Shown here: one piece after another, positions 12,209-24,666 of the stretch | Numbering within the stretch: position 1 is the first letter of the stretch | Layout: each line of letters opens with the position of its first letter | Assembly: GCF_006345805.1 (NCBI RefSeq) | Contig: NC_042999.1 | Coordinates: 142,476,001 to 142,540,000 of the forward strand | Direction: 5' to 3' | Source: Octopus sinensis | Lineage: Eukaryota | Length of the DNA stretch: 64,000 nucleotides | Position numbers and translations under genes: made by a program | Notes under the pieces: generated by a model | Seen by the model: the letters and a program-made list of their open reading frames with translations, nothing else | Told to the model about the DNA's origin: nothing | Database searches by the model: none

Positions 12209-13294
12209 AATCTTTAGTTTGTCATGTTAATATAATTAAAGTGTCTAATGTCTGCTAAGAAGATGCTTTGTTCAAACCATGTTCAATAAGTTTATTAAAT
12301 AGTTTCAAGTGTGCCCATTGATGAAGCAACAAATGATGCTATAATACATTTTTTAAAACCAAAATCAGTAAATATTAATAGTTCCTGTTCTTTGGCTGTT
12401 GAAAGAAACCCTACTATACAATTGCAAATACAATCAGAGACTTCTAGTAGTTATTCTTGTTGCGGTAGTTTTAGTTTCATTGTCTCAATGAACATTACAA
12501 CAATCAGCCAATGAAACCAGCCTCAACCAAATCAACTAATGAATGTTAACTCACTCAAGTCGACATTAAACAACAATAAATGATTTTTTTATCATTTAAC
12601 TTGATTCAATGTATTCGATGTAACTTATTATGATCAAATCTACAGTCATGCATATTGTTTTGTTGTATTTTTTCTGTATGAAGTATAAAGAAAATATTCA
12701 AAACAACAGCATGTTAGAGATAAAGAACATTTGCTTTTAATGAAGGATTTTGTAAGTGGAAAAAAAAAAAAACATCAACACTTTGAGGATCATCAGTTGT
12801 GTGAATCTCACTGTGCTGCAAATGTTCTGGAAGTACTGACTTCTAAATATTATAATGGATGAAACTACAAGAATGAGTATGCAAACATATCATAAATGTA
12901 TAATAAAAATTACCGAGTGTTTGCACTTCTTTTCTCAACAAAAAATAGAAAATGTTGATGAGTTGGCTAATTTGTATAAACCTAGTATGGCTGAGAGCGA
13001 AAAATGATGCTGATCTTCTGGAGTGGCTCAACAAAGCTGTACAAATAAATACCTAAGCCATGTTATAAAAAGTAGTTCTGTTTTATAATGGCTGATTTGT
13101 ATGGTAAAGTAGGGAAAAAACAGTTTTCACTCGTTCTTTATGACAAAACTACACATCTAACAAATTTATCAATGTTTGGTGACCAGTGAGAAATTTCTTG
13201 GTTTTTTATTGCTTGCCGGACATAAAATCTTCAATGTATTCAATAAAACTAAATTTATCTAACTGTAGAGAAGAATAGATTGACAGAACAAACA

Positions 13295-13700
13295 GCACGC
13301 CTAGGTCAGGCCAAGTGTGGAGGCATTCACTGTTGTAGCTTGTTGCTGTGTTCACCATTTGTCAGTATATTTCCAAGTAGAGTCCCAGTCAGTCCCCATC
13401 TCCATGAGGTACCTCTTCATCTGCTGTGACTATGTTGTATGTGGTAGACCATCATGAGCTATCAACACAGCCAAATCCTCAGTGTAAAGAATATGGTAAG
13501 CAGGGTCTAACTCAGAAAATTGAGCAGCATGCTTATGCTCCTGAATCATACAAGTAGCAGGATGCATCTCACTTCTGAGTAGAGTCATTGGTTGGGTATG
13601 AAATCCAGGATCCTGTCAGTAGTTGACCTCCAGTAGTTGACCCACGAAACATCAGAGCACCCAGACCAGTTGTAGGTGTAACCACTGGTTGAGATGTTAC
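13295..13700 (-). mobile_element. Decayed RTE-like LINE 3' end
   Basis: The minus strand translates patchily to RIL..HIPNQ*LY..TCMIQEH..HAAQFSELDPAYHIL..GLPHTT*, resembling the RTE C-terminal region. Confidence 0.45.
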
Positions 13701-14329
13701 CCTACTCTGGATGACACACCTCTGATAGGACTTCCACAGAAACTCTCAAATGGCTGAATTCCAAAGATATTAAGGGCAGATGAGAATCATCCCTCAGAGA
13801 GAGAACATTCTAGGTCCCCACCTGAATAAGCTTCCTCAGATTGGATTGAGATTTACAACTCCTGGCAGATGACATCTTTGCACCACTCAAACAATGACCT
13901 GCTAACCCATCTTGTCGTCCAGGTTTTACCCCATTTGGCAGATGGGGATCCTGACAGCTTTGTTCCAGTCATTTCATACAACATGTCTTATAAACAGTTG
14001 AGGTACTTCCCTGGAGGAGAGAATTTTTGAGGTTTGTACAAGAGGTTGTTACTGGTAAGGGTTTTACAACACATAGAGATGTTAGGTCTATTCTTTGGCA
14101 TTCCAGTTCCCACACAGTAGCTGTGAACACATTAGACAAAGATTTCTAGGGAAAAAAATCTGAAGTAGTCATGTGTTTGGAAGAACTTTAACCAGAGACA
14201 TTAGCAACATATTGTCAAGCACATTCTTTAAGTCTGTGTGTGTAGGAAACTGTAATGCAATGTGAGTCACCATCTGATGTGAGAAGTCTCAGAGAGGAAT
14301 TGTCACAGGAACCAGAGAAGGAAAATTTA

Positions 14330-14760
14330 CTCGGTGAATTCAGAAAAAAAGTATATTGTTGCCAGGTAGTAACCTTGAGGGCAATTAGATGGACAGTACA
14401 TGCTGTTTTAATGAACTCTTGATACTTATTTTTTACTATTCAAGTGCTGACAAGAATCTTTACCGACATGGTTTGGGACTGTCTAATTGGATCCTAGGTG
14501 CAGAAAGAACATTTTATTTCTTCTTTGGACTAACTCTCAACCAACTTTTGTACTCACGTACAGACAACTTATCATATTCATTGGAAGCAGCTAAAATGTC
14601 ATCAACAGATGGGCAGTAAATGGTTGAAACTGCTAAACACGTTTTGTTGAAAGGTGTCAGCTTGATACCATTACATTCTGAGGCTATAGATTCAGTAATC
14701 TCATTTACTGAACAATACTTTGATCACGTGAGTTACATGGTATATTCAAGTCAGGGGACA
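14330..14760 (+). mobile_element. hAT-superfamily transposase remnant
   Basis: AIRWTVHA (hAT 'TRW' motif) and ILGAERTFYFFFGLTL..LLYSRTDNLSYSL..AKMSSTDGQ, which resembles the hAT 'F.FGL...HTDNLS.TLQ...MSA..GQ' block. Confidence 0.6.
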
Positions 14761-15890
14761 TTGCTTTTAGTTATATTATAATTAATTATTTCACTCTACA
14801 TATATTACAAAGTTGAATCAATATTTTGCAAATTTTTCAATTGTGAAATGCAACAGGTAACTATTTCAAAGAAATATTTTATAATGCCTTTGGTTATAGT
14901 AGATTAATTCTCCTATATCAATTTATATTTAGGTGTTAACTTATAGGCATTGGTGTTAGCAAAAGTTTGACCAAATTCACTGCATGGTAACACTCATATT
15001 TATTTGCCTCTGCATAAAATTATCATATATTTATTTTATGGTACATTGTATTAACAGTGGCAAATGTCTAAGAGTGTTGTGGATGAGGAAGCGAAGCAGA
15101 GAATGCCAGTAGAAGTGGTGACCATCATCTTGTGATTCAGTCTAGTTCTGGTATCAAAGGTGGTATGTCCAGCAGTCATAGTAGAGTTGGCTGTGCAATG
15201 AAAGACAAAGATGGAAACAAGAGAAATGAAGCCAGGAAAATATGCAGAGTTAGAGTAAGAGGGCAAGGGAAACAATGGATGGAAGGCAGAGTTAGGGTTA
15301 GGGTGTTAATCAAGTAGGAGGGGCTTTACAGAGCTTACTGTTAGAAAGTGTTGTTGGGTTTTGTGTGTGGTTAACTGAAACTAAGATTGGCTGGCTACTT
15401 ATTCAATTAGTTAGTATTGAGTCCCACCAACAGTAAATGTTTTATTGTTATTAAAATAGTGCCATCTATTTAACATCTGCACACAGGCACACATGTGCAT
15501 GTATGCATACATACATACATACATACATACATACATACATACATACACATATATATATATAAGTAAATAAATGGAGTTGAATGCAGATGTTATTAAAATT
15601 CTTTTACTTTCGACATATGTTTCGAAGACAACATTGGTTTTATTCCAAAGGAATAAACGGTGTAAAGTGCAATCTTCTTATCAGGACAACCCCAACAGAA
15701 TTAAATTTATCATTTGCATTCAACTCCATTTATTTACTTATACTACACAAATTACTGCACATTAACCCGGAGTTTCTACCTTTGAATAGGTCGCTTCATC
15801 CTTGTTACTTGCTTGAATTTTGCTACCCTGGTAACTGTTTATTGAATTTTCCATGTTAACAGTAAACAAAGGATAATTCATTCATCCATT

Positions 15891-15921
<31 letters not shown>

Positions 15922-16164
15922 ATGTATGTGTATGAAGAAAATGGAGAAATTGACATATAGACAGACATCAATTTATTGAAACAAATCCAATTTTGAACAA
16001 TATCAAACTCATAGAACCTACAATTGTTTCCATGTCCAATCAATTAATTCAAATCAGAAAAATTAAATTAAAGATTCATATTGAATTATAGTTAATTGAA
16101 CATTTCATCAGAATTTGGATACTGACATCTCTTTAAAAAGTACTTATATCCTTGAAATAATACA

Positions 16165-16375
16165 CAGACAAACAGACACAGACACAGACACAGACACACA
16201 ACACACACACACACGTGCGCGCACACACACACACACGCGTGCGCGCACACACACACACACACACACACGCACACACACACACACACGCACACACACACAC
16301 ACACACCACACACACACACACGCACACACACACACACACGCACACACACACACACACGCACACACACACACACAT
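16165..16375. repeat. (CA)n-rich microsatellite. Similar CA/TA/ATC/TATG tracts at about 11170-11260, 19970-20210, 26197-26295, 26955-27160, 36220-36365, 44435-44700, 45925-46100, 51030-51210, 51440-51610 and 52695-52960
   Basis: Directly visible simple repeats. Confidence 0.97.
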
Positions 16376-16599
16376 TTGAACATACATATGCATGTATTTA
16401 CATGCATACATGCACACTATATATATATAAGTATGTATATATATATATATATAATTCTTATACAAGAATGTTATTGACATTGACTTTGAAGTTTTGGCCA
16501 GCTAAGCCATCATTGGACTGCGACTATTTGATGTAAGCATAGGATCAAAGGACTTGGTAGAGATACGTGACATCATGGGTCTTTACATATTAGAAAAGA

Positions 16600-18050
16600 T
16601 GCACAACAAATTTCTATTCATCTTAAGCAGTCTATATAGAGATGAAGATCTACTTCTAGCAAGAAAATACAACCAGAAAAACTGATAAATTTAGGAAGGA
16701 TCTACATCACTTCTTCAAAACCTTGTGCTTCACAATCACTGTAGGAACACACCAAAGTCAGCCAACTTCCTAGATGTTGCCCTTGAACTCAAGTATCTAT
16801 AAACCATACAAGAAAAATAACTAAAAAATTTAGTATATACATAAACAATCCAACCACTCCAAAAGTATTATCAAAAACCTAATAAAGAAACATATCTCTC
16901 AGACTTTCCTCTTTATCTTCAAATAAAAAAATCCTGAACAAAATAGTAACTCCAAATAACAAATCTGTCAATGATAGCAGTTTCAAGGAAAAAGTGCAAT
17001 ATATAAACAGCAATCCTACAAAAAATAAAATATCTAAGAAAAGAAAAAGGAAGATTATTTGGTATAAATTCCCACTCAATATTCAAGTCTCCACACAAAT
17101 AGCTAAATTATTTTTCAAAATAATGAAGAGACACTTCCATCCCAACCACAAATATTAAAAACTAATAAACAAACACAACATAAAATTGTCATACTCCACG
17201 AAAAAACTGTAGCCAACTACAACTACCAAAATTGTCTAAAATTGAAAACTTAAACCACACACACACACACACACACAAACACAAAATAACAATTGCAACT
17301 GTAGAACACTTTCATCCTGCCCTTTAGAAAGAAACTGTCTCTCAAGAAATTTTGTATATTGTGCAACAGTAACCACAAACATGACACTAATCTCTGTATC
17401 TACATACATAAGATCTATGGCAGTGGTTCTCAACTGGGGTTCATATGGCTCCTGAGAGTCTATATAAAATTTTTGGGGGTCCACACAACAAAATAGTTAA
17501 TTGGAGAATGATAATAGTATATTAAGGGGCCCCTGAAAAAATTTTGCTGAGAATGTATTGGTATATATCGCAAGAAACAACCAAGTTTCTTTCTCTAACA
17601 TTTTACATAGTTCAACCTACACATGTTAATGTGTTGAAAACAAAATAGGAGTTTTGGAAGAAGTATCTATAAAACTAGTTTTTAAACATTGAATGGCTAT
17701 GGGGGTCCACCAGAATAAAATAGTAATCAAAGGGGTCCATAGATAAAAATGGTTGAGAACCCCTGATCTACAGCAAACCAGTTCAAGAAGTGATACAACC
17801 AGCACATGCACACTTCTTGCAACCCAAACAGGAAATATGATATGTCACTATTCAAACATATATGGCAATTAAAATAAAAAGGAAAACACTGTTTAGCATC
17901 AAGTGGAAAATACTCTCACACACACAACCATACCAAGGTAATAATAAAACCTACCAATTTTGTATAAATGAGTCCTACCACATTCATGGACCAAGTTCTG
18001 AATTGAAACTCAGAACCAGTTTCTTCATGCAAGCATAAAATCTTAAAAAC
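16600..18050 (+). mobile_element. Decayed Penelope-like element, probably Naiad-type (RT C-terminal half and GIY-YIG)
   Basis: LYRD(E), ANFLDV.L, YKPYKK..YIHKQSNH, RLSSLSS, RKRKIIWY, HFHPNHKY..INKHNIKLSYS, CNCRTLSSCPLERNCLSRNFVYCATV, YI(R)ST.NQFKK*YNQH, HIWQLK and IKWKIL. The clade call is from motif memory. Confidence 0.8.
17421..17765. mobile_element. hAT (Charlie-type) MITE inserted in the PLE GIY-YIG motif
   Basis: TIRs CAGTGGTTCTCAAC and GTTGAGAACCCCTG. The 8-bp flanks ATCTATGG and ATCTACAG match at 6/8 and resemble the NTCTAGAN target. Confidence 0.88.
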
Positions 18051-19187
18051 AATAAAACATTTCAAACCAATAATCTTTTCTAATGGCTAAACTTGTTAAT
18101 ATTGTTAATATTAATATTACACTAACCCCCTTCCATTTACCTACACGATAAACTATCCCCACAATATAAAATTAAAAAGAAAATATTCTTATAGCTTTAC
18201 ACTTTTACATTAAACAAGTACTCTACAAATTATCTAAAAGTTTCCCTATCTCTAACTAAAATTCCCACAAAAGATTTTCTAATATAATTACACAAACCTA
18301 CATACAACACACATAAAATGCAAGCAAACTGGAAGAACTCTTTCCATTATCTTCTTTTAAAATCAAATTTTATCATATTTTTGTTCCCATTTTTATATAA
18401 GAATATATACACATTTCAATATCAGCCCCACTTTAGCATATATCCAGAAAACAATTTGAATAAATTTTACAAAGATACTAAGCAAACTTTATTTCCACAA
18501 AGCAATAAGCTTAAAATCCCTATATACTACTCAAATTGCTTATAGGTCAATGGAAACCTAGAGGGAAACATATAAGCATACAACTTTTACTTGAATACTT
18601 TTGTGAAAAGCAAAGCTCAAGAGAAACAACTTTCCATACTAATAAAACCATGACACACCTGAGTAATAACCTCAACCTTACAAATGAGAACAAGAAATAC
18701 CCTAAATAACAACAACAGTAAGTAAAGAAAGGACTAGTCTAAACTTACCACCTACATTCTTTTGTAAAAAAAGTTGACATACCCTCCTTGTCTATCTAAG
18801 AGCTTAGATGCTGGATTTTGTACTTTTGAGTTTTACATTGTCAAAGGGGTTTAAATCCAGTAATACAAAAAGTAACAAAAATACTGTCACACCTTGTGCC
18901 CATCTAACAAAGGAGGAAAACTTACAGGCTTGTTTACAAAGTTCCACATGCATAAATAAAATCTAAATAATAACATTTGAAATTTAATCAATTAAATTTT
19001 TTTCAAAACACCTTTCCATAACAACCAACCTGCACTGCACTCTGACGATGGCTTAGCAGAACAAAACTTTGCAGTCACTGTCAACAACATTCTTGTATAA
19101 GAATGATAAATTAATTATATACAAAAGTATAGGTAACCCATCAGATTAATAGAAAATTGTTTTAATTACAGCTAAACATAAAAACAA

Positions 19188-19228
<41 letters not shown>

Positions 19229-20021
19229 CACACACAAACACATGCACATATATGTACACATATACACACGTGTGTGTGTGCATGTGCTAATGCATGTGAG
19301 TGCTTATATATGTACAAACAAGACCTGATTTGAAACAATAATGTGGTTTGTGTGCGTCAACCTGCAATAAAAATGTGTGTGCATGTGTGAGTGCACATGT
19401 GCATGTGTGTATGTATGCATATGTTAGCATATGGTGTGTGTGTGTGTATGGTATTAATGTACATGAAGAAGCCTACCTACTTATATCTGCTTGCCAAACA
19501 TGCGAAAACAAAGAAAACAGCAACCTAAGTTACATTTATTGTTGTTTATTTTCTAAGATAAATGAATGAATATAAAAATCTTCATGGAGGGAAAATGGAA
19601 ATTGATAACTGCTAAATGTTACAATGACATCAAGCCGATCTATGACTATGAAAACAAGGTTTTATTATCTCTAGATACTAGTAGGTGACTAAATAGTTCA
19701 GAAACCTGAATAGTGTCCTATTAGGGAAAATAATGGCTTCTAACTATTAGAAAACATTGTAATCAATAGTGAAACTATATATATTAGCATTGTCAATCAG
19801 TTGTGTTATAATGATGACAATGATAGCAACAGAAGCAGAAACAACAACAAAAAAAAAACAAAAACAAAAACAACAGTAATTACAGCATCATCATCAACAT
19901 CACCATCATAGTCAATAACACAAAAAAACAGAAACAAGAACAACAATGTTTTCTTTTTTTAACAGTAAATGCGCATACACACACACACACAGATATATAT
20001 ATATATGCATATCTGTTATAC

Positions 20022-20117
<96 letters not shown>

Positions 20118-20429
20118 CACACATACATACACATACACACATAACACATACACATGTATATTCACACACATGCACATATATACATGCATGTGTGTGCTTG
20201 TATGTGTAAAATAATACAAGAAGTCATAACAATGGCAATAACATCATCCACAGTAGCAACACTAACAAATAAAGTCATGATTTTAGAGAAAGGAAGCATT
20301 CAATTATATTGACCCCAGTATGTCATCACTGGTATTTTATTTTTATTGATCCTTGGAAAGAGGAAAGTCTAGGTTCACTAAGGTAAGATTTGATCTGGGA
20401 TCATAAAATTCCTTAATTTAATATTGGTT

Positions 20430-21125
20430 TTAAATTTTGGTAAAAAGTCCAGCAATTTCAGGGGCTGGAGTAAAACAAATAGATTGATTCCAATGCTCAA
20501 GTGGTACTTCATTTTATTGATTCTGAAAAGATTAAAGGTAAATTCTACCTAGGCAGCATTTGAACTCAGAACACAAAGACAGATGAAATGCTGCTAAGTA
20601 TTTTGTCTGGCTTGCTGATGATCCTGCCAGCTTGCTGCCTTAATAACCAGTTATATTGATTTCAAATTTTAGCACAAGGCCAGCAATCTCTGGGGTTGGA
20701 ATAAGCCAACTACATTGACCCCATTGCTCAACTTTATTCTATCAACCCTGAAATGATGAAAGGTAAAGTCTCTTGTGAAAGGTAGAAGAGTCCAGTTTGC
20801 TGGACATTGTTGTAGAGCTGAAAATGAGGTAATTTCTACTCTTCTCCTCTGGAGGCCATCTACTTGCGATACCAGAGGGCGCACACTCTCCTACCCTGAT
20901 GTAATCTCCAGAGATACAGGCATCCAGCAACAGGTCCTCCGTAATGCTATGATGGACCGTGAAGTCTGGCATAGCATAGCAAATTCCATTGTCTCAACAC
21001 GGTCGAGCAATGATGATGATGAAAGTCAACTTGGGGGAAATTTGAACTCAGAATATAAAGATCGATGAAATGCCACTAAGCATTTTGCTCAGCGTTCTAA
21101 CGATTCAGCTGGCTAACTGCCTTAA
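20430..21125 (-). mobile_element. Two tandem SINE copies; the second is split by a LINE 3' fragment
   Basis: Repeated blocks ttttattga..ctgaaa..gat.aaaggtaaa and atttgaactcagaa..aaaga..gatgaaatgc..ctaag. A plus-strand copy lies at 49320-49530. Confidence 0.75.
20771..21021 (+). mobile_element. 5'-truncated RTE/Proto2-like LINE 3' end with (TGA)n tail and AAAGTC target-site duplication
   Basis: RRVQFAGHCCRAENE..LLLWRP..RGRTLSYPDVI..AMMDREVW. aaagtc occurs at 20765-20770 and 21022-21027. Confidence 0.85.
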
Positions 21126-21819
21126 AGTCCTTAACTTGATATTGCATGACATTTTGTCGATTGCTCTCGTGATTTGCTAAATCCATTGCCCTGGTAACAG
21201 CAATGATACTTACGAAACCAATAACAATAACAACAAGAACAGCAGCATCAATAACAGCTGTAACATCACTAACAACATCATCATCAACAGCACTTATAAC
21301 AAAACAAGAACAATAGCAATGAAGCGTTTTCCTGTTTTAACAGAAAATAAACATGTATATGTGTGTGTATGCATTTGTATGTGTGTGAATGTATGTGTGT
21401 GAATGTGTGTGTGTGTGCATGTGTATCTTGCTGTGCATACATGCACACACACACACACATGCATATATGCCTGCACCTGAAATTTTTTAAACATAAGGAA
21501 GCGCCTTGCACAAGGCTAACTCCAATTCTCTTAACAACATATGTATTTGTTCATAAAAAATTAGTCTATATCATTGGATGCACACAAAGCCTCAAGTGTT
21601 ACATCAGAATTTCCCTTCTATAGAAATGTTTTAACAAAGACCAGGGATCTCTCACTCCCTGCTGTTGGATGGCCAGTGACTATTCTGAGCTTATCTACTT
21701 AGGCTATGTGCTAGTGGGGGCGTCATGGTGCACCCCTCTTGTGATTTACTTTAATGGGTATTTTCATGTATCTCTGGGTCTCACAAGTCAGAAAATTGAT
21801 GTTGCTAGAAAAAAAAAAA

Positions 21820-23800
21820 ACTGGAATGGAAGGTACCTCATGAACTTTGATCCTTGCTGGAAAGGATATGTTTCACTGACTGGAGACACTCCTGTACAAC
21901 TGACAACCATTAACTATTATCCAATCATACCTCGCCCAATTACAGACATCAGAGTCATACAGGAATGCCTAAAGTACTCAGAAGAAGCTTCATAAGAAGT
22001 TGGACAGCATTTTGTCATCACTACATTTGACCTGGGCGTGTGTATGAAAGTGTTTCCAACAACACACGCTGGTATGAGGACCACATCATCATGATTGGAA
22101 CAATCCATCTGGCATGTGGCTATCTGAAGATGTTGGGGAAGAAAATGGGCAGAACAGGATTCGCTGAAATCTTACTTGAAGCTGGTCTTACGACATCTGG
22201 GTCTTTGATGGGTGTCATTTCAACAAACAACTATGCATGCTCACTTAACAGCCACAAAGTTCTGAAGGAAGTCCTTGAGAGATTGATGCTGGCTTGTTTT
22301 CTAGAAAATCTGGATAAAGTACCATTTAGAAAGTTAATGTAGTCCTCCAGGGATCGTATTGAGAGACTTGCAACATTTCCCAGCAAGGAGACTGAAAATG
22401 CAGCATTGAATGATCAGGAAATTTGTTCATACATTGAGAAATATTTCCATTTCTGTGAGAACATTCGCTCAGGCCAACATGGAAAGACTGCTGTGCTTTG
22501 GAGGACGTACATCGATCATGTTTGGCAGATAATGTGCCTTCTACAAGCTGTAAAGACAAACTGCCTTATGTCTGGTCTCTTCTTCAGCTTTGGAGGACAC
22601 AGCTATACCTGGTACCTCACATTCTTTTCGATGTTTATTGCCAACATTGAACATTCTCATCCTGGTGTGGAGGATCTGTTAAAGAGAGGTGCAATCAATG
22701 TGGTGAGATCCTTTATTCCAGGAAATAGGTGTGCTGTCAAGACAGTTGAAGAAACTTTTATGAAGCATGCAAAATCAAAAGGTAGAACTGTCTTGACTGA
22801 AGCAGGCATTAGTGATCTGCAGACAAAGTCAGGTAAAGAATGAGCCAAATTCCTTCAGGCTACATTTTATCTAGCAGGAATGTCTGATGAAGGAGACAAA
22901 GGACTGCAACATCGAGATGTTTGCCCTTGTGAAATTGCAACCAGCAAGAAACTTGTCTCAAGGACCATTGCAGCTATCAAGTGCTTCAACAACCCTTTTA
23001 ACATCCCAGATGATGGAAAGTTGTACAATCTATCATCCGGCACCCTGGCTTCAGAAGTTGCGAAGGACATCCTCACTGCTGAGACTGTTGGTAGGTTAGC
23101 AAAGGAAGACTTCATAGAAAACAGACTAATGAAGATGGATGGCTTCTTCGATCCTATTAAACGCCCAAATTTGAAAACTATGTCACATATGCACAAGTCC
23201 ATGAAACTCTCAACTTCTCAAAACAAAGTTGTCGAGTATAAGCAGTAAGGAAACATAGCATTTCACTGACTAGTGAATCCTGAAGCACAGATTGATCAGA
23301 GACTTGACCTTGATAAAATGTTGACATATCCATTGATGCCTGTTCCATACAGCATTGGATTGGCAGATGGATTTTTAAAAGCAAAAACAGACAAATCAAA
23401 AGGCTTCAAATATGTTGTGAAAGAATGTGATGATGCACAGTTATCTGATCCAAGACAGCACTTCATCATAGAGGATGAAAATGCAGTGTTTTATTGCTTG
23501 CGTGAGATTCCACAAACATTTGGGGAAATATTTCGTAAGGTTAGGATCTGCTCTTCAACTGTCACCTGTCATATTTAGCACTGACATGTTCAAAGAAGAC
23601 TCTGTAAAAGGAATGGAATGAAACGGATAAGGTGTTGGAGACAAACTCATCCTGAGTGGTGAGAAAACAAAGCATCTGAAAGACTGGGAAGTATTTCTTT
23701 TGAATGATGAGAACAAGGCACAGTTCATTCAGCTTTTGCTCTCAACTTGGAGGGGTGAATATAAGATGGTTTGTTGCCAAAACAAAGCAGTTCTCTTCAC
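21820..23800 (+). mobile_element. Large decayed transposase-like pseudo-ORF (unclassified DNA-transposon-like family) with a C-terminal PIN/FEN-like segment
   Basis: Collinear ORF fragments across frameshifts: WKGY..YYPIIPRPITD..IQECL..TTFDLGVCMK..IMIGTIH..LGKKM..GFAEILLEAGL..SGS..NY..HK..LERL; W..YI; F..G.H.Y..YL; NPF; FFDPIKR..LKT; YPL.PVP.SI..DG..KT.KS; IEDENA; FSTDMF..SVKG.E; DWE.FL.NDENK.QFIQLL..W. Confidence 0.7.
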
Positions 23801-24039
23801 TGATAGATGAATTCCTGTATGCTGATGACATCTTTGCTCACTCCTAGAGTGATATGCAGCATCTTATAGACTCCTTCACAACAGCATGCAGTGCATTTGG
23901 TCTAACAGTCAGCTTGAAAATATAAAATCAGCCATAATGTATCGACCTGTGCCAGGTGAAGCCTACACTGAGCTAATCATTTATGTGTCTGGACAGAAAT
24001 TGTAGGTTATGGATTAAATCATATCTTTAAGCAGTAGTG

Positions 24040-24666
24040 TGTAGTGACGTCATATTCCAGTGTGCGCACACGCAACGTCATTCTTCAGTGTGCGTGTACA
24101 GAACGTATTCTTCAGTGTGCGTGTGCAGAACGTCCTTCTTCAGTGTGTGTGTGCGGGGTGGGAACCTTCTGGAACCTTCTGGAACCTTCTGGAAAGGCAT
24201 AAGGAAGTTCCCTCATGCACATGCGCTAGAGACTGGGGAAGAAATTCTATTGCATTCCTTAATAGCGTCGTAGACTTGAGACACGGCGACAGAAGAGAAA
24301 GGACGTATTTTTAAACGTATAATCAGCCTATTCTCCTGTCCTAGATGCTTAGGATTTGACCTGTTCTGTTGCTGCTGAATTGTTGTAAGAATCTTACAAA
24401 CGTTAGAATTCAGCCTTGCTGTGTTGAACTAGGTGGATACCAGTATACCATCATGCTTCCTTTGTGAATAAGAGAATAAAAATCGTATATATTTTTAAAG
24501 TTGCGTTTTGTTACTGACTGGTATTTTCTAGAAACAAAAAAGAAAGGAAATTGTGTTGCACCCAAGTTGCACCCTAAAAGTGTAAAGAAGCAACCAGTTC
24601 CCTTTACAGTGGTGACCCCGACGTGATGGTCACGCAGCTTCTGACTCCATATGAGTTCCCTTTACA
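24040..24666 (+). mobile_element. Internally deleted LTR retrotransposon (Gypsy-like): full 5' LTR, PBS and the last 13 nt of the 3' LTR
   Basis: TG...CA LTR at 24040-24608 with AATAAA near 24476. AGTTCCCTTTACA is repeated at 24654-24666. A 4-bp TSD AGTG lies at 24036-24039 and 24667-24670. Confidence 0.88.
24610..24627 (+). other. Primer-binding site complementary to the tRNA-Trp 3' end
   Basis: TGGTGACCCCGACGTGAT, 1 nt after the LTR end, is the reverse complement of the eukaryotic tRNA-Trp 3' end ATCACGTCGGGGTCACCA. Confidence 0.9.

Noticed and set aside
17785-17795. In-frame TGA in the Naiad-like GIY-YIG as a selenocysteine codon
   Set aside because: It falls at the conserved Arg of FK.RY (probable CGA>TGA decay) in a copy with many other lesions, and no SECIS was identified.
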